A DNA stretch of 45,617 nucleotides from Eubacteriales bacterium (lineage in GTDB: Bacteria; Bacillota; Clostridia; Oscillospirales; CAG-272), in assembly GCA_045587785.1 (NCBI GenBank), contig JAZNDA010000131.1:1-45617 (forward strand). Direction: 5' to 3'. Shown piece after piece: positions 7,953 through 17,348 of this stretch (positions are counted from its first letter, which is position 1; the number at the start of each line of letters is the position of its first letter). Both the position numbers and the translations under genes were made by a program. Under the pieces are notes generated by a model. It made no database searches. It was not told the DNA's origin and was given only the letters and a program-made list of their open reading frames with translations.

Positions 7953-9554
7953 TTGCATCAGGCGTTGTACCGTAAATGGCGGCCGAGAAGCTTTGACGAC
8001 GTGTGCGGACAGGAGCATATTACATCCATTTTGAAATATGAGGCGGAGAAAAACAGCTTTAACCACGCCTACCTTTTTTGCGGATCCAGAGGAACGGGAA
8101 AGACAACGTGTGCCAAGATCTTGGCAAAGGTGGTCAACTGTGAGCACCCTGTGAACGGCAACCCGTGCGGCGAGTGCGATGCTTGCCGCTCGATCGATGA
8201 GGGCTCGGCTACCGACGTGCTTGAAATGGACGCTGCATCCAACAACAGCGTGGAAAACATTCGTGATATTCGTGACGAGGTGGTGTATCCGCCGAGCGCG
8301 CTGAAATACCGCGTGTACATTGTGGACGAGGTGCATATGCTCTCGGACAGTGCGTTTAACGCACTTCTTAAGACCCTTGAGGAGCCGCCGTCCTACGTCA
8401 TTTTCATTTTGGCGACTACCGAGCTTCACGAGCTTCCTGCCACTGTAGTATCCCGTTGCCAGCGTTTTGAATTCCGTAGGATATCCATGGATGTTCTTGC
8501 GGACAGACTGGGGACTATTGCGAAAAAAGAAGGCATCCAAATTGAAAAAGGTGCGCTCCATTTGCTGGCAAAGCTCGCTCAGGGCGGTATGCGTGACGCC
8601 ATCAGCCTTCTGGAGCTTTGCTCGGGCGGCAGAAAAGATATCGTGATCGATGAAGCGCGCGTGCTTGATATTGTCGGTGTCAGCGGTAGAGATACGCTTT
8701 GCCGTGTGGCAGAGGCGATCGCCAAAAAGGATTTTGACACCTTGTTTTCGGTGGTGGATGATATCGTGCAGTCCTCCAAGGACATTAAGGTGTTCTGGCA
8801 GGATCTGATGTCGTTTTACCGCGATATGCTGGTGATCAAGACCTCGGGCAGTGCCGCAAGATATCTTGACCTTACCGACAGCGAGACGGTTCAACTGGAA
8901 AGAGCGGCATCGCTTTTCACCAGAGAGACCATTCTTTCGCACTGTAAACAAATTGAGAGTGCGTGGTACGCCATTCAGAAAGGCAATGAGATCAAAAGAA
9001 CGGTTGCCGAAATGGTGCTTGTCAAAATGTGTGACGAAAGCTTGAGCAGTTCAAACGAAAGCCTGCTTTCGCGTATTTCCAAGCTTGAGGACGTGATAGC
9101 ACTCGGTATCCCTTCGTGCCCGCAAGAGGTGCAGACCGATCTGCCGCAGGCGGAAGAGTCACCAAAACAACAGCCCAAAAAGCAAGATGTGTCCGAAGCA
9201 ATTCCGGCACAGAAGGCAAAGCAGGTTCCTGTGCAGAATCTCAAGAAATACATCCCGTGCTGGATGGAGGTCCTCGAGCGTGTTTCGCAGTCGGGCTGTC
9301 ATGCTTCTTCGTATCTGAAGCAGACAAAGGCATATATGTCCGAGGACGGCGAGGTGACGGTTTATGCGGCTGACACCTTTACTTTGCTGATGGTGGATAA
9401 GCCAGATGTCCGTGCTTCGGTACGCGCGGCGCTCTCACGCTGTCTTGGCAGAGAGGTGAGTGAAAAGCAGTTCCATGTAGAGCTGTCGAAACAGCCGCTT
9501 CCCGAGGATGACGGGGACTATATGATCGATGAGATTTTGAAAAAAACACAGTAG
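7953..9554 (+). CDS. dnaX: DNA polymerase III subunit gamma/tau
   Basis: ALYRKWRP, GSRGTGKTT, Zn-binding cysteines, DEVHML, SRCQ. TTG start at 7953 follows GGAAAGGGGG. Confidence 0.95.
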   Translation: MHQALYRKWRPRSFDDVCGQEHITSILKYEAEKNSFNHAYLFCGSRGTGKTTCAKILAKVVNCEHPVNGNPCGECDACRSIDEGSATDVLEMDAASNNSVENIRDIRDEVVYPPSALKYRVYIVDEVHMLSDSAFNALLKTLEEPPSYVIFILATTELHELPATVVSRCQRFEFRRISMDVLADRLGTIAKKEGIQIEKGALHLLAKLAQGGMRDAISLLELCSGGRKDIVIDEARVLDIVGVSGRDTLCRVAEAIAKKDFDTLFSVVDDIVQSSKDIKVFWQDLMSFYRDMLVIKTSGSAARYLDLTDSETVQLERAASLFTRETILSHCKQIESAWYAIQKGNEIKRTVAEMVLVKMCDESLSSSNESLLSRISKLEDVIALGIPSCPQEVQTDLPQAEESPKQQPKKQDVSEAIPAQKAKQVPVQNLKKYIPCWMEVLERVSQSGCHASSYLKQTKAYMSEDGEVTVYAADTFTLLMVDKPDVRASVRAALSRCLGREVSEKQFHVELSKQPLPEDDGDYMIDEILKKTQ

Positions 9555-9587
9555 GGTGACAGTAGATATCAAAAGCCGCTGTACCTA
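9552..9587 (+). repeat. Solo palindromic repeat unit (TAGGGTGACAG family), copy A
   Basis: tagggtgacagtagatatcaaaagccgctgtaccta, near-identical to the ends of the 11768-12033 element. Its TAG is the dnaX stop. Confidence 0.85.
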
Positions 9588-9605
9588 ACGAAAGGAAGAT
9601 AAACT

Positions 9606-9956
9606 ATGAAAGCAAGATTGCCACAGGGAATGGGCGGAGGAGCCCAAAATATGAATGCCATGCTCCGTCAGGCACAAAAGATGCAGGAGGATATGGCAGC
9701 GCTCCAAGCAGAGCTTGAAACAAGAGAATATGATGTCAGCGCGGGCGGCGGTATGGTCGAGGTCAAGATCAGCGGAAAGAGAGAGATCCTTTCCATTCAC
9801 GTCAAGCCCGAGATCATAGACCCCGATGATGCGGAGACAATGGAGGATATCATCGTGGCGGCGGTCAATGAGGCGATCAAGAGAGTGGATGCCGAGAGTG
9901 AGAGCGAGATGCAGAAAATCACGGGCAATCTCGGTGGCATGCCGGGGTTGTTCTGA
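9606..9956 (+). CDS. ybaB: YbaB/EbfC nucleoid-associated protein
   Basis: QAQKMQ, AGGGMVEV, EDIIVAAVNEA motifs. Lies between dnaX and recR. Confidence 0.93.
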   Translation: MKARLPQGMGGGAQNMNAMLRQAQKMQEDMAALQAELETREYDVSAGGGMVEVKISGKREILSIHVKPEIIDPDDAETMEDIIVAAVNEAIKRVDAESESEMQKITGNLGGMPGLF

Positions 9957-10549
9957 TGATGGAAAATGAGGCTTTGATCCATCTGTCGGAGCAATTCGGA
10001 AAACTGGCGGGGATCGGAAGAAAGTCGGCACTTCGTATGGCGTATGCGGTGCTTGAGTTTTCGGATGAGGAGGCAAGGGAATTTGCCGATGCCATTTTGG
10101 AGGCAAAAGAGAAGATCCATCTTTGCCCGATCTGTCAGAATCTGACTGATCGGGATACCTGCTCTATCTGCCATGACTTGGATCGGGATACTTCGGTGAT
10201 CTGCGTGGTGGAGGATGCCAAGGCGGTGATGGCGCTGGAAAAGGTGAGGGAATACAGAGGACTTTATCATGTGCTCCACGGCGTTATTTCCCCCATAGGC
10301 GGCATTACGCCCGATAAGCTCAAGCTGAAAGAACTGCTTGCGCGTTTGGATGGCACTGTCAAAGAGGTCATTGTGGCAACCAATCCCACGGTGGAGGGAG
10401 AAGCCACTGCTATGTACGTATCCAAGCTGGTAAAGCCGCTTGGTGTTCGTGTTACCAGACTGGCGTACGGTGTTCCCGTAGGGGCAGATCTGGAATATGC
10501 CGATGAGATCACACTCTATCGCGCCCTTGAAGGCAGACGGGATTTTTGA
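9956..10549 (+). CDS. recR: Recombination mediator RecR
   Basis: GIGRKSA HhH, C4 zinc finger, YHVLHG, ATNPTVEGEATA Toprim. TGATG overlap with ybaB. Confidence 0.96.
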   Translation: MMENEALIHLSEQFGKLAGIGRKSALRMAYAVLEFSDEEAREFADAILEAKEKIHLCPICQNLTDRDTCSICHDLDRDTSVICVVEDAKAVMALEKVREYRGLYHVLHGVISPIGGITPDKLKLKELLARLDGTVKEVIVATNPTVEGEATAMYVSKLVKPLGVRVTRLAYGVPVGADLEYADEITLYRALEGRRDF

Positions 10550-10622
10550 CCGTCTGCTTTTTGTAAGAAAAAATGTGCTGATCCATTTAGTGACGAACAA
10601 AAAACACACGAAAATAAATAAT

Positions 10623-10673
10623 ATAAAAAAACCGCTTTATTATCAGAATTTGATAGTAAAGCGGTTTTTTTAT
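10623..10673. terminator. Bidirectional intrinsic terminator (recR/ruvB)
   Basis: ataaaaaaaccgcttta...taaagcggtttttttat inverted repeat. Confidence 0.85.
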
Positions 10674-11752
10674 TTGTCGTTCTTGCTTTCAAAAAAATCA
10701 AGCTGTGTTTGTGTCTCGCTTGCAGCAGATTTGTAAGGAATACCGAGATGCTCATAGGCAAGACGGGTGACGCATCTGCCGCGCGGCGTACGGGAGAGAT
10801 ATCCGATCTGCATCAAATACGGCTCATATACGTCCTCAATGGTGACAGCCTCTTCGCCAACGGTTGCCGCCAAGGTCTCAAGTCCTACGGGACCGCCGTC
10901 ATAAAAGTCTATAATGGTTTTAAGCATACGTCTGTCGGTGTTGTCAAGCCCAAGGGCATCGATCTCAAGCTGTCCAAGCGCGAAGTTTGCGATATTGGAA
11001 TCGATGATACCCGTGCCTTTTACCTGCGCATAATCGCGTACACGCTTAAGAAGGCGATTGGCAATTCTCGGTGTGCCGCGCGAACGGGATGCGATCTCAT
11101 ACGCGCCGTCATCCGTGATCTCAAAATCCAAGATGTTCGCACTGCGCTTCACAATGGTTGCAAGCTCCTCGGGTGTGTAAAGGTCGAGCTTGAGAAGCAG
11201 ACCGAAGCGGTCGCGCAGAGGCGTGGTCAGCTGTCCTGCGCGCGTGGTGGCACCGATCAATGTAAACCTCGGCAGATCAATGCGGATGCTTCTTGCCGAC
11301 GGACCTTTTCCAATGATAATATCGATCGCATAGTCCTCCATGGCGGGGTAGAGAATTTCCTCTACCGAACGGGAAAGACGGTGGATCTCGTCAATAAACA
11401 GCACGTCCCCCTCGCCGAGATTGGTGAGAAGTGCGGCAAGGTCCCCCTGCTTTTCGATGGCGGGTCCCGAGGTGATACGGAGATTGCCTCCCATCTCGGC
11501 GGCGATAATGCCCGAAAGGGTGGTTTTGCCAAGCCCGGGAGGGCCGTAAAGCAGAACGTGGTCAAGTGATTCGCCGCGAAGCTTGGCGGCATCCATGCAG
11601 ATCTTGAGATTTTCCTTGACCTTTTCCTGTCCGATATATTCACTCAGCTTTCTCGGGCGGAGCGAAAGCTCGGTATCCGCATCATTCGGCGTATAAGACG
11701 TGGACATAAAGCGGTTTTCCAGATCCAGCTCGTCCGACTCATAAATATCCAT
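10670..11752 (-). CDS. ruvB: Holliday junction branch migration helicase RuvB
   Basis: [29 protein letters not shown] motifs. Start refined to the ATG at 11752 after AGAAAGGA. Confidence 0.96.
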   Translation of the reverse strand: MDIYESDELDLENRFMSTSYTPNDADTELSLRPRKLSEYIGQEKVKENLKICMDAAKLRGESLDHVLLYGPPGLGKTTLSGIIAAEMGGNLRITSGPAIEKQGDLAALLTNLGEGDVLFIDEIHRLSRSVEEILYPAMEDYAIDIIIGKGPSARSIRIDLPRFTLIGATTRAGQLTTPLRDRFGLLLKLDLYTPEELATIVKRSANILDFEITDDGAYEIASRSRGTPRIANRLLKRVRDYAQVKGTGIIDSNIANFALGQLEIDALGLDNTDRRMLKTIIDFYDGGPVGLETLAATVGEEAVTIEDVYEPYLMQIGYLSRTPRGRCVTRLAYEHLGIPYKSAASETQTQLDFFESKNDK

Positions 11753-11767
11753 AACACGCTTCCTTTC

Positions 11768-12033
11768 TAGGGTGACAGTAGGTATCAAAAGCCGTTTATA
11801 AAAGGCATATTTTGCGTCATCCATCGTCAAAAAGCCTCGGAATATTAACCATATTCCATCGACTTTTTTCCTCGTCTGACACAAAATCTGCTCTTTTATA
11901 AATTCTTCGAACTGTCACGCAGTTAATTTTGTGTGTGGTGATCGAAGCAAGGTAAGACCTTGCGAGAGAGACAGGCGCAAAAAGCGCCAAAAGGAACAAG
12001 TGACAGCGGCATTTGATATCTACTGTCACCCTA
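11768..12033. mobile_element. 266-bp MITE-like non-coding element between ruvA and ruvB
   Basis: 27-bp terminal inverted repeats (tagggtgacagtaggtatcaaaagccg / cggcatttgatatctactgtcacccta, 2 mismatches), TA at both ends, long internal hairpin 11795-11902. No transposase. Confidence 0.75.
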
Positions 12034-12645
12034 AATATTACGCATCAGCTTTTTAAGGGCGATCTTTATCATTCCGCCCGAATCGAGGGTGGGATCCACG
12101 CCCTGCAGGGCGCTTGTCGATTCGGCACGGCTGTAGCCGAGCACCATCAAGGCATCCAGTGCTTCGCCAAAAGCACCCTTTTGCGCGGGAGCTGACACAG
12201 ATGAGCCCATGCCTGCACAGATCGAATCCTTGTCAGCCTCCCTCAGCATTTTATCCTGCAATTCCAGAATGATCCTTGCGGCGGTTTTGGCACCCACACC
12301 GCTTGCCTTGGAGATGGATTTGCTGTCTCCCGTGCATACGGCAAGTGCGAACTTTTCGGGTGTCATAATGGACAGGATCGCCATGGCGGCTTTGGGACCG
12401 ACGCCCGAGACCGAGAGCAGCATACGGAAGGAGGACAGCTCCTCCTCGGCGGAAAAGCCAAACAGCTCTATGTCATCCTCACGTACCGCCAGATAGGTGT
12501 ATAGTCTTGCATTGTCGGCTTTTTTTTGCGTTAAGCGGTCATGCGTTGTGCCGCTGATCGTCAGCTTGTAGCCAACGCCGCCGACGTCTACGACCGCAAA
12601 GCCTGTCTCCAGCAGGGCAAGTGTTCCTTGAATATAGTAAAACAC
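12031..12645 (-). CDS. ruvA: Holliday junction DNA-binding protein RuvA
   Basis: VGGVGY, VRED..LFGF, VSGVGPKAA, GVGAKTAARI, ALMVLGY. GTG start at 12645 follows GAAAGGA. Confidence 0.95.
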   Translation of the reverse strand: MFYYIQGTLALLETGFAVVDVGGVGYKLTISGTTHDRLTQKKADNARLYTYLAVREDDIELFGFSAEEELSSFRMLLSVSGVGPKAAMAILSIMTPEKFALAVCTGDSKSISKASGVGAKTAARIILELQDKMLREADKDSICAGMGSSVSAPAQKGAFGEALDALMVLGYSRAESTSALQGVDPTLDSGGMIKIALKKLMRNI

Positions 12646-12664
12646 GGCAGTAGTCCTTTCTGAT

Positions 12665-15535
12665 TTAGCTATTGGTTGAAATTTGGGATGGCTCTTGTTT
12701 TTTTCTCCGTTTTGCGGATAGGGCATCGACCGTTACAATGCCGCCGTACACCAAAAGCGAGCCAAGGGAAACGAAAGCCCCGATGATAACGGGACGCGGC
12801 GAGTAGGTCATTTCCACCGTATGAGTACCGCTGCCGTCAATCTCAAAGGATATAAGCGCCTCAAGGGATTTGGTAATGGGTACCTGCTTGCCGTCAACAA
12901 GAATGTGCCAGCCTTTGTCATAAGGGATGGTGGTAAGAACGGTGGTGTGTTCCTTGGACGTGGTGAGAGTGCCTTCAAAGTGCGTATCGGAAAAGCTTTC
13001 GATCTGATATTGTTCTTTTGCCAGAATGTCCATTACCTCCTCATAGACTTGTTCATCAAAATAGTAGAGGTAATTTTCATCATTTTTCAGATAAAGATTT
13101 TCGCCCGTCAAGGTCAACTTGACTGTGACGTTGCTTCCTGCGGTGTGATAACCGAGTGCCTTGATGCGGTCGGAATCGCCCGACATGAATTCTCCATAGG
13201 GCTGGTCGTCTACCGAGAGCTTTGTCTCGCGCGGATAGAGCGAGGGGGCATAGAAGTATAAAAGTCCGTCTTTTGGCATGTTGATGCCAAAGAGCGTATA
13301 TACGGCAACGTCATCGTCGTCAAAGGCGGTGTAGTGCGTGTGTCCCGCAATGGTTCGCCTTTGACCGTTGGTGTAAGTGGAGGAGATCTCAATGGGAACG
13401 AATACCTTTATTTTTTCTTCTGAACCCACCATAGCGGTCACAAGGTCATTGAGGAAATCGAACGGAGAAACGTACAGGTCGGTAGTACTTCCATCCTCGT
13501 TTGTTTTCGTGATTTGAAGATCCGAGAGCGCATCATCGACTGCATATGCAAGCGAAAGAGCATTGGGATTGAGATAGGCGGTATCGCCCTCACTCTGGTC
13601 ATATATTTGGCTTGTCAGGCGCAGAGCCGCCTCGTATGCCTGACTTTCGTTGTAGTCCGAATCGCTTTCCTTCATGTTTTTCTCTGCCAGAATATATTTG
13701 ATGCCAAGCAGGGAATCGCTTAAGGGGTTGCCGCCGAGGTAGCGCGACAGATGGGACTTTGAGGAATAGCCCATGTTGGCAAGGAAGGCAATGGTCTCCT
13801 TATTGAGCGTGGAGGTGGAGTTGGATATGCCTCTCATACCCAGCGCCATGTTATCGTTGGTCTTGCGATAGGTGGTCTTTTCCATGCGGTAAAAGGAGCT
13901 ATCGCTCTTTTGTACGCGCTCGGCAAGCGGACGCACGCGCCCGATATAGTTATTGTAGGAGCTGTATGAGGAATACACCACGTCATAGTCAAGGCTTGAC
14001 ATGAGGATAACGCCGTTGGCAAAGACTTCAAAGCAAATGACCATCAGAAGGACCAGTGACATGTTTCTTCTTGCCTTGGTTGAACGTGCCTTGATCAAAA
14101 GACTTATTACAGCACAAAGAAAGACGATCATGGCAATGGAAAGCCAGACAGTGCGAAGCGGATCGATCCTACCTCCCTCAAAACCGTATTTTCCGTCAAG
14201 AACAAAGCTTTCGTACTCGAATTTCTGAAGCACCATGATCAGACAGGTCAGAATACCGCCCGTTGCAAAAAGACTTTTGAGCGATTGCTCTCTTATCTCG
14301 CGCACACCCTTGTACGCGAGGACCAAAAGCAGAAAGATCAGCATAAAGCTGTAGCGGTAATTGAGCCAGTTGGGGCGCGCAAAGCCGTGCCAAACAAGGT
14401 CGACGGGATTGATCATAAAGCTCATGGCAAACACAGAAGCGAGCAGGGTGGAAAACAGCTTTTCGCGCAAGGTAACTCGCTTTGCGAGGTAATAAAAGGG
14501 GAGCATAAGCAGCGTGAAGATGCCGCAGTAAATAAAGGGAAGTCCATCGGGACGGACGGTGTCAAAGCTACCAGGGAGAAGCTTTACAAACAGATCGGCA
14601 AGATCATAGCGCACTTCAAACGCCCAGTTGGGGGTGGAAAACGTATTTTTTCCAAAGGAGAGGGAATATACCGCACCGATCAGAATGACGGCGGCAATGC
14701 CGACAGCCAGAAGCGAGGAGCCCGCAATACGAAGCAGAGAACGCCAAAAATGATTTTTTTCTCCGCCCCCGTTGATGCCGTCGCTACTGCCGTGTGCCAA
14801 ATAATAGTAAAAGAAATACAAGACCACGTAGATGCACACCATGTAGCCGATATAATAATTGCTCATCAAGGTCAATGCGAGCAAAGGGATATACAGCTTG
14901 TACCGCTTGTTTTTAATCATCTGCTCAATGAGATAGGAGAGCAGGGGTAGCCACATGAGTGCGTCGATCCACATGGAATTGTGCTGGTGCACGATGGCGT
15001 ATGCGGAAAGAGCATACAGCACCGAAAAAGTCCAAACTGTATATTTGTTCGGACGGCGCGTAGTCTTGTGAAGGTAGTAACCGAAGGTCAAGCCCGAGAT
15101 TCCCGTTTTGAGCAGAAAGATGGTGAGCAGTGCCTCAAGGATCCGATGTTTGGGAAACAGACAAACGATATAAGAAAACGGGCTTGCAACGTAGTATGCG
15201 TATATACCGAGAAATTCGCCGCCCAGCGAACGCGAAAAAGAATAAAGCAAACTCTTATCGCCAAGTATGGCGCTTCGGAGCGCTTCGTAAAAATAGACGT
15301 ATTGTCCGTTCAGGTCAAGTACCAAAACGCTCTCGTTGCCAAAGGGATGAACACCTCTGACCAGATAGAGCAGGTACATGATGATGACGGGAAGAATGAA
15401 GGACAGGCTAAGGTAGGCATACGGCTTTCGGTACAGCCGATTTACAAAGGAGAAAAATCTGTTTTGCTTTTTCTCCGCAGGTATATCAAGCAACTCTGCG
15501 GATACTATGCCGTTTTGAGCTTTACTATCGTTCAT
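12665..15535 (-). CDS. YfhO-family multi-pass membrane protein (putative GT-C cell-envelope polymer glycosyltransferase)
   Basis: DLNGQY, YYVASPF, SNYYIGYM, YRYSF, TIPYDKGW motifs and many TM segments. Start refined to 15535. Confidence 0.85.
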   Translation of the reverse strand: MNDSKAQNGIVSAELLDIPAEKKQNRFFSFVNRLYRKPYAYLSLSFILPVIIMYLLYLVRGVHPFGNESVLVLDLNGQYVYFYEALRSAILGDKSLLYSFSRSLGGEFLGIYAYYVASPFSYIVCLFPKHRILEALLTIFLLKTGISGLTFGYYLHKTTRRPNKYTVWTFSVLYALSAYAIVHQHNSMWIDALMWLPLLSYLIEQMIKNKRYKLYIPLLALTLMSNYYIGYMVCIYVVLYFFYYYLAHGSSDGINGGGEKNHFWRSLLRIAGSSLLAVGIAAVILIGAVYSLSFGKNTFSTPNWAFEVRYDLADLFVKLLPGSFDTVRPDGLPFIYCGIFTLLMLPFYYLAKRVTLREKLFSTLLASVFAMSFMINPVDLVWHGFARPNWLNYRYSFMLIFLLLVLAYKGVREIREQSLKSLFATGGILTCLIMVLQKFEYESFVLDGKYGFEGGRIDPLRTVWLSIAMIVFLCAVISLLIKARSTKARRNMSLVLLMVICFEVFANGVILMSSLDYDVVYSSYSSYNNYIGRVRPLAERVQKSDSSFYRMEKTTYRKTNDNMALGMRGISNSTSTLNKETIAFLANMGYSSKSHLSRYLGGNPLSDSLLGIKYILAEKNMKESDSDYNESQAYEAALRLTSQIYDQSEGDTAYLNPNALSLAYAVDDALSDLQITKTNEDGSTTDLYVSPFDFLNDLVTAMVGSEEKIKVFVPIEISSTYTNGQRRTIAGHTHYTAFDDDDVAVYTLFGINMPKDGLLYFYAPSLYPRETKLSVDDQPYGEFMSGDSDRIKALGYHTAGSNVTVKLTLTGENLYLKNDENYLYYFDEQVYEEVMDILAKEQYQIESFSDTHFEGTLTTSKEHTTVLTTIPYDKGWHILVDGKQVPITKSLEALISFEIDGSGTHTVEMTYSPRPVIIGAFVSLGSLLVYGGIVTVDALSAKRRKKQEPSQISTNS

Positions 15536-15536
15536 T

Positions 15537-15740
15537 TTATTTTTCACTTTCCGAAGCAGGGGTAAGCTTCTTGATGGATTTTTCAAATTTCACACGTTCC
15601 AGCGTGATATCGTGTCCGCAACCGAGGCAGACAAAACGCACGTCACTTCCGACGCGCAAGATGCGAAACGAGGAACAGCCGCAAGGATGCTTTTTTTTCA
15701 TTTCGGCAATGTCGCCGACCGAAAGTTTGATAATATTCAT
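15537..15740 (-). CDS. DUF951 family protein
   Basis: GDIAEMKKKHPCG...RVGSD...CLGCGH. RBS GAAGGAG. Confidence 0.88.
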   Translation of the reverse strand: MNIIKLSVGDIAEMKKKHPCGCSSFRILRVGSDVRFVCLGCGHDITLERVKFEKSIKKLTPASESEK

Positions 15741-15775
15741 ACGACCGCTCCTTCTTATAAAGTAAATATATATAA

Positions 15776-15804
15776 AATATACCATATTCGGAGGAAAAAG
15801 TCAA
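15776..15804 (-). promoter_or_regulatory. sigma-A promoter for DUF951-yfhO-ruvA-ruvB
   Basis: Minus strand TTGACT-N17-TATATT with extended TG. Confidence 0.65.
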
Positions 15805-15842
15805 CTTAAATTGATAATTTTTCAAAAAAAAGAAAAATCTGT

Positions 15843-15871
15843 TTGACTTGTTCACATTGTTGTGATATAAT
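15843..15871 (+). promoter_or_regulatory. sigma-A promoter for the ruvC operon
   Basis: TTGACT-N17-TATAAT with extended TG. Confidence 0.8.
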
Positions 15872-15948
15872 CTAAAATGGAGTTTTGCTGAAAACGCATC
15901 TTTTGGCGAGATCTTCCTGCAAAAAAGTGAGAAAACGGAGCGGAAGCC

Positions 15949-16446
15949 ATGAAGATTTTGGGTATCGACCCCGGAATTGCCATTGTCGGCTGGGGTGTAA
16001 TTGAATATAGCGGAAACCGTTTTCGTACGCTTGGGTACGGTTCGGTGCAAACCCCCGCGGGGATGCCGACCGAGCAAAGACTGGTCGCGGTCCATGAGGG
16101 CATAAACGAACTGATCGATACCTATAAGCCCGATTGCATGTCGATCGAGGAGCTGTTCTGGAATACCAACCAGACTACGGGTATCCGCGTCAGTGAGGCA
16201 AGAGGTGTCATTCTGCTTGCCGCGGCACAAAAGAAGATCGGTATTTTTGAGTATACACCGCTTCAGGTCAAGCAAGCGGTTGTTGGATATGGTCGCGCGG
16301 AGAAAAAGCAGGTCATCTCCATGGTGACCATGCTGTTGGGACTGGAAAAGCCCCCAAAGCCCGACGATACGGCAGACGCTCTGGCGCTTGCCATTTGTCA
16401 CGCACACAGCGGCACCTCGCGTCTTGCGAGCTATTACAACAAGTAA
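15949..16446 (+). CDS. ruvC: Crossover junction endodeoxyribonuclease RuvC
   Basis: ILGIDPG, IEELF, EYTP.QVK, DDTADALA motifs. Confidence 0.96.
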   Translation: MKILGIDPGIAIVGWGVIEYSGNRFRTLGYGSVQTPAGMPTEQRLVAVHEGINELIDTYKPDCMSIEELFWNTNQTTGIRVSEARGVILLAAAQKKIGIFEYTPLQVKQAVVGYGRAEKKQVISMVTMLLGLEKPPKPDDTADALALAICHAHSGTSRLASYYNK

Positions 16447-16457
16447 GAGGAAGGCAT

Positions 16458-17327
16458 ATGTGGTATTCGGAAAACTGGAAAGACTATGAACTGATAGATA
16501 CCTCGGAGGGGGAGCGCCTTGAACGCTGGGGGGACTTTATTCTGATCCGTCCCGACCCTCAGATCGTATGGAAAAATGAAAAGAAAAGCCCTCTTTGGGG
16601 GCGTGCGGACGCGACCTATAAGCGTTCGTCGGGCGGCGGAGGCGGTTGGAAAAACAGCCGTGTGCCCGAGCAATGGAAGATTGGATACGGTGACCTTAGA
16701 TTTATTATTCGTCCCACGGGCTTTAAGCATACGGGGCTGTTTCCCGAGCAGGCGGCAAACTGGGATTGGTTTTCCACGCTCATTCGGAGCGCGAGACGTC
16801 CGATCAAGGTGTTGAATCTGTTCGCCTACACGGGCGGCGCTACAGTAGCGGCGGCAAAGGCAGGGGCATCGGTCTGTCACGTGGACGCGGCAAAGGGCAT
16901 GGTGCTTCAGGCAAAGGAAAATGCCGCCTTGAGCGGTCTTAAGGATGCGCCCATCCGCTATATCGTGGACGACTGCAAAAAGTTTGTCGAGCGCGAGATC
17001 AAGCGCGGAAACCGATATGATGCGGTCATTATGGACCCGCCCTCTTACGGCAGAGGCCCCTCGGGTGAGGTCTGGAAGATCGAGGATAACATAGACGAGC
17101 TGGTGGCGCTTGTGGCAAAGGTGCTCTCGGACGAGCCGCTGTTCTTTTTGCTCAATTCCTATACCACGGGACTTTCACCTTTGGCAATGAGCTATATCAT
17201 ACAGCTTCGCCTTTGCCGCCGCTATGGCGGAAACACCGAGGCGGGCGAGCTTGCGTTGCCCGTTACCGCAACGGGGGGCTTTTTGCCGTGCGGTGCCAGT
17301 GTCAGATGGTCGAACGCCAACAAATAA
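16458..17327 (+). CDS. Class I SAM-dependent methyltransferase (RlmI/RlmK-like)
   Basis: HTGLFPEQ, VLNLFAYTGG, DPPSY. ATG at 16458 follows GAGGAAGG. Confidence 0.85.
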   Translation: MWYSENWKDYELIDTSEGERLERWGDFILIRPDPQIVWKNEKKSPLWGRADATYKRSSGGGGGWKNSRVPEQWKIGYGDLRFIIRPTGFKHTGLFPEQAANWDWFSTLIRSARRPIKVLNLFAYTGGATVAAAKAGASVCHVDAAKGMVLQAKENAALSGLKDAPIRYIVDDCKKFVEREIKRGNRYDAVIMDPPSYGRGPSGEVWKIEDNIDELVALVAKVLSDEPLFFLLNSYTTGLSPLAMSYIIQLRLCRRYGGNTEAGELALPVTATGGFLPCGASVRWSNANK

Positions 17328-17348
17328 AAGAGATAGGAAACTTTTGAT

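Noticed and set aside
7953-9554. Programmed gamma/tau frameshift in dnaX
   Set aside because: No in-frame A_AAA_AAG heptamer or A9 run after domain III.
11753-12029. ruvB N-terminal extension and a 70-aa ORF (11817-12029)
   Set aside because: Both lie within the MITE-like element, lack an RBS and show no transposase-like motifs.
9552-12033. TAGGGTGACAG units as a CRISPR array or SOS boxes
   Set aside because: The units are dispersed rather than regularly spaced, there are no cas genes, they do not match GAAC-N4-GTTC, and they sit at gene ends rather than promoters.
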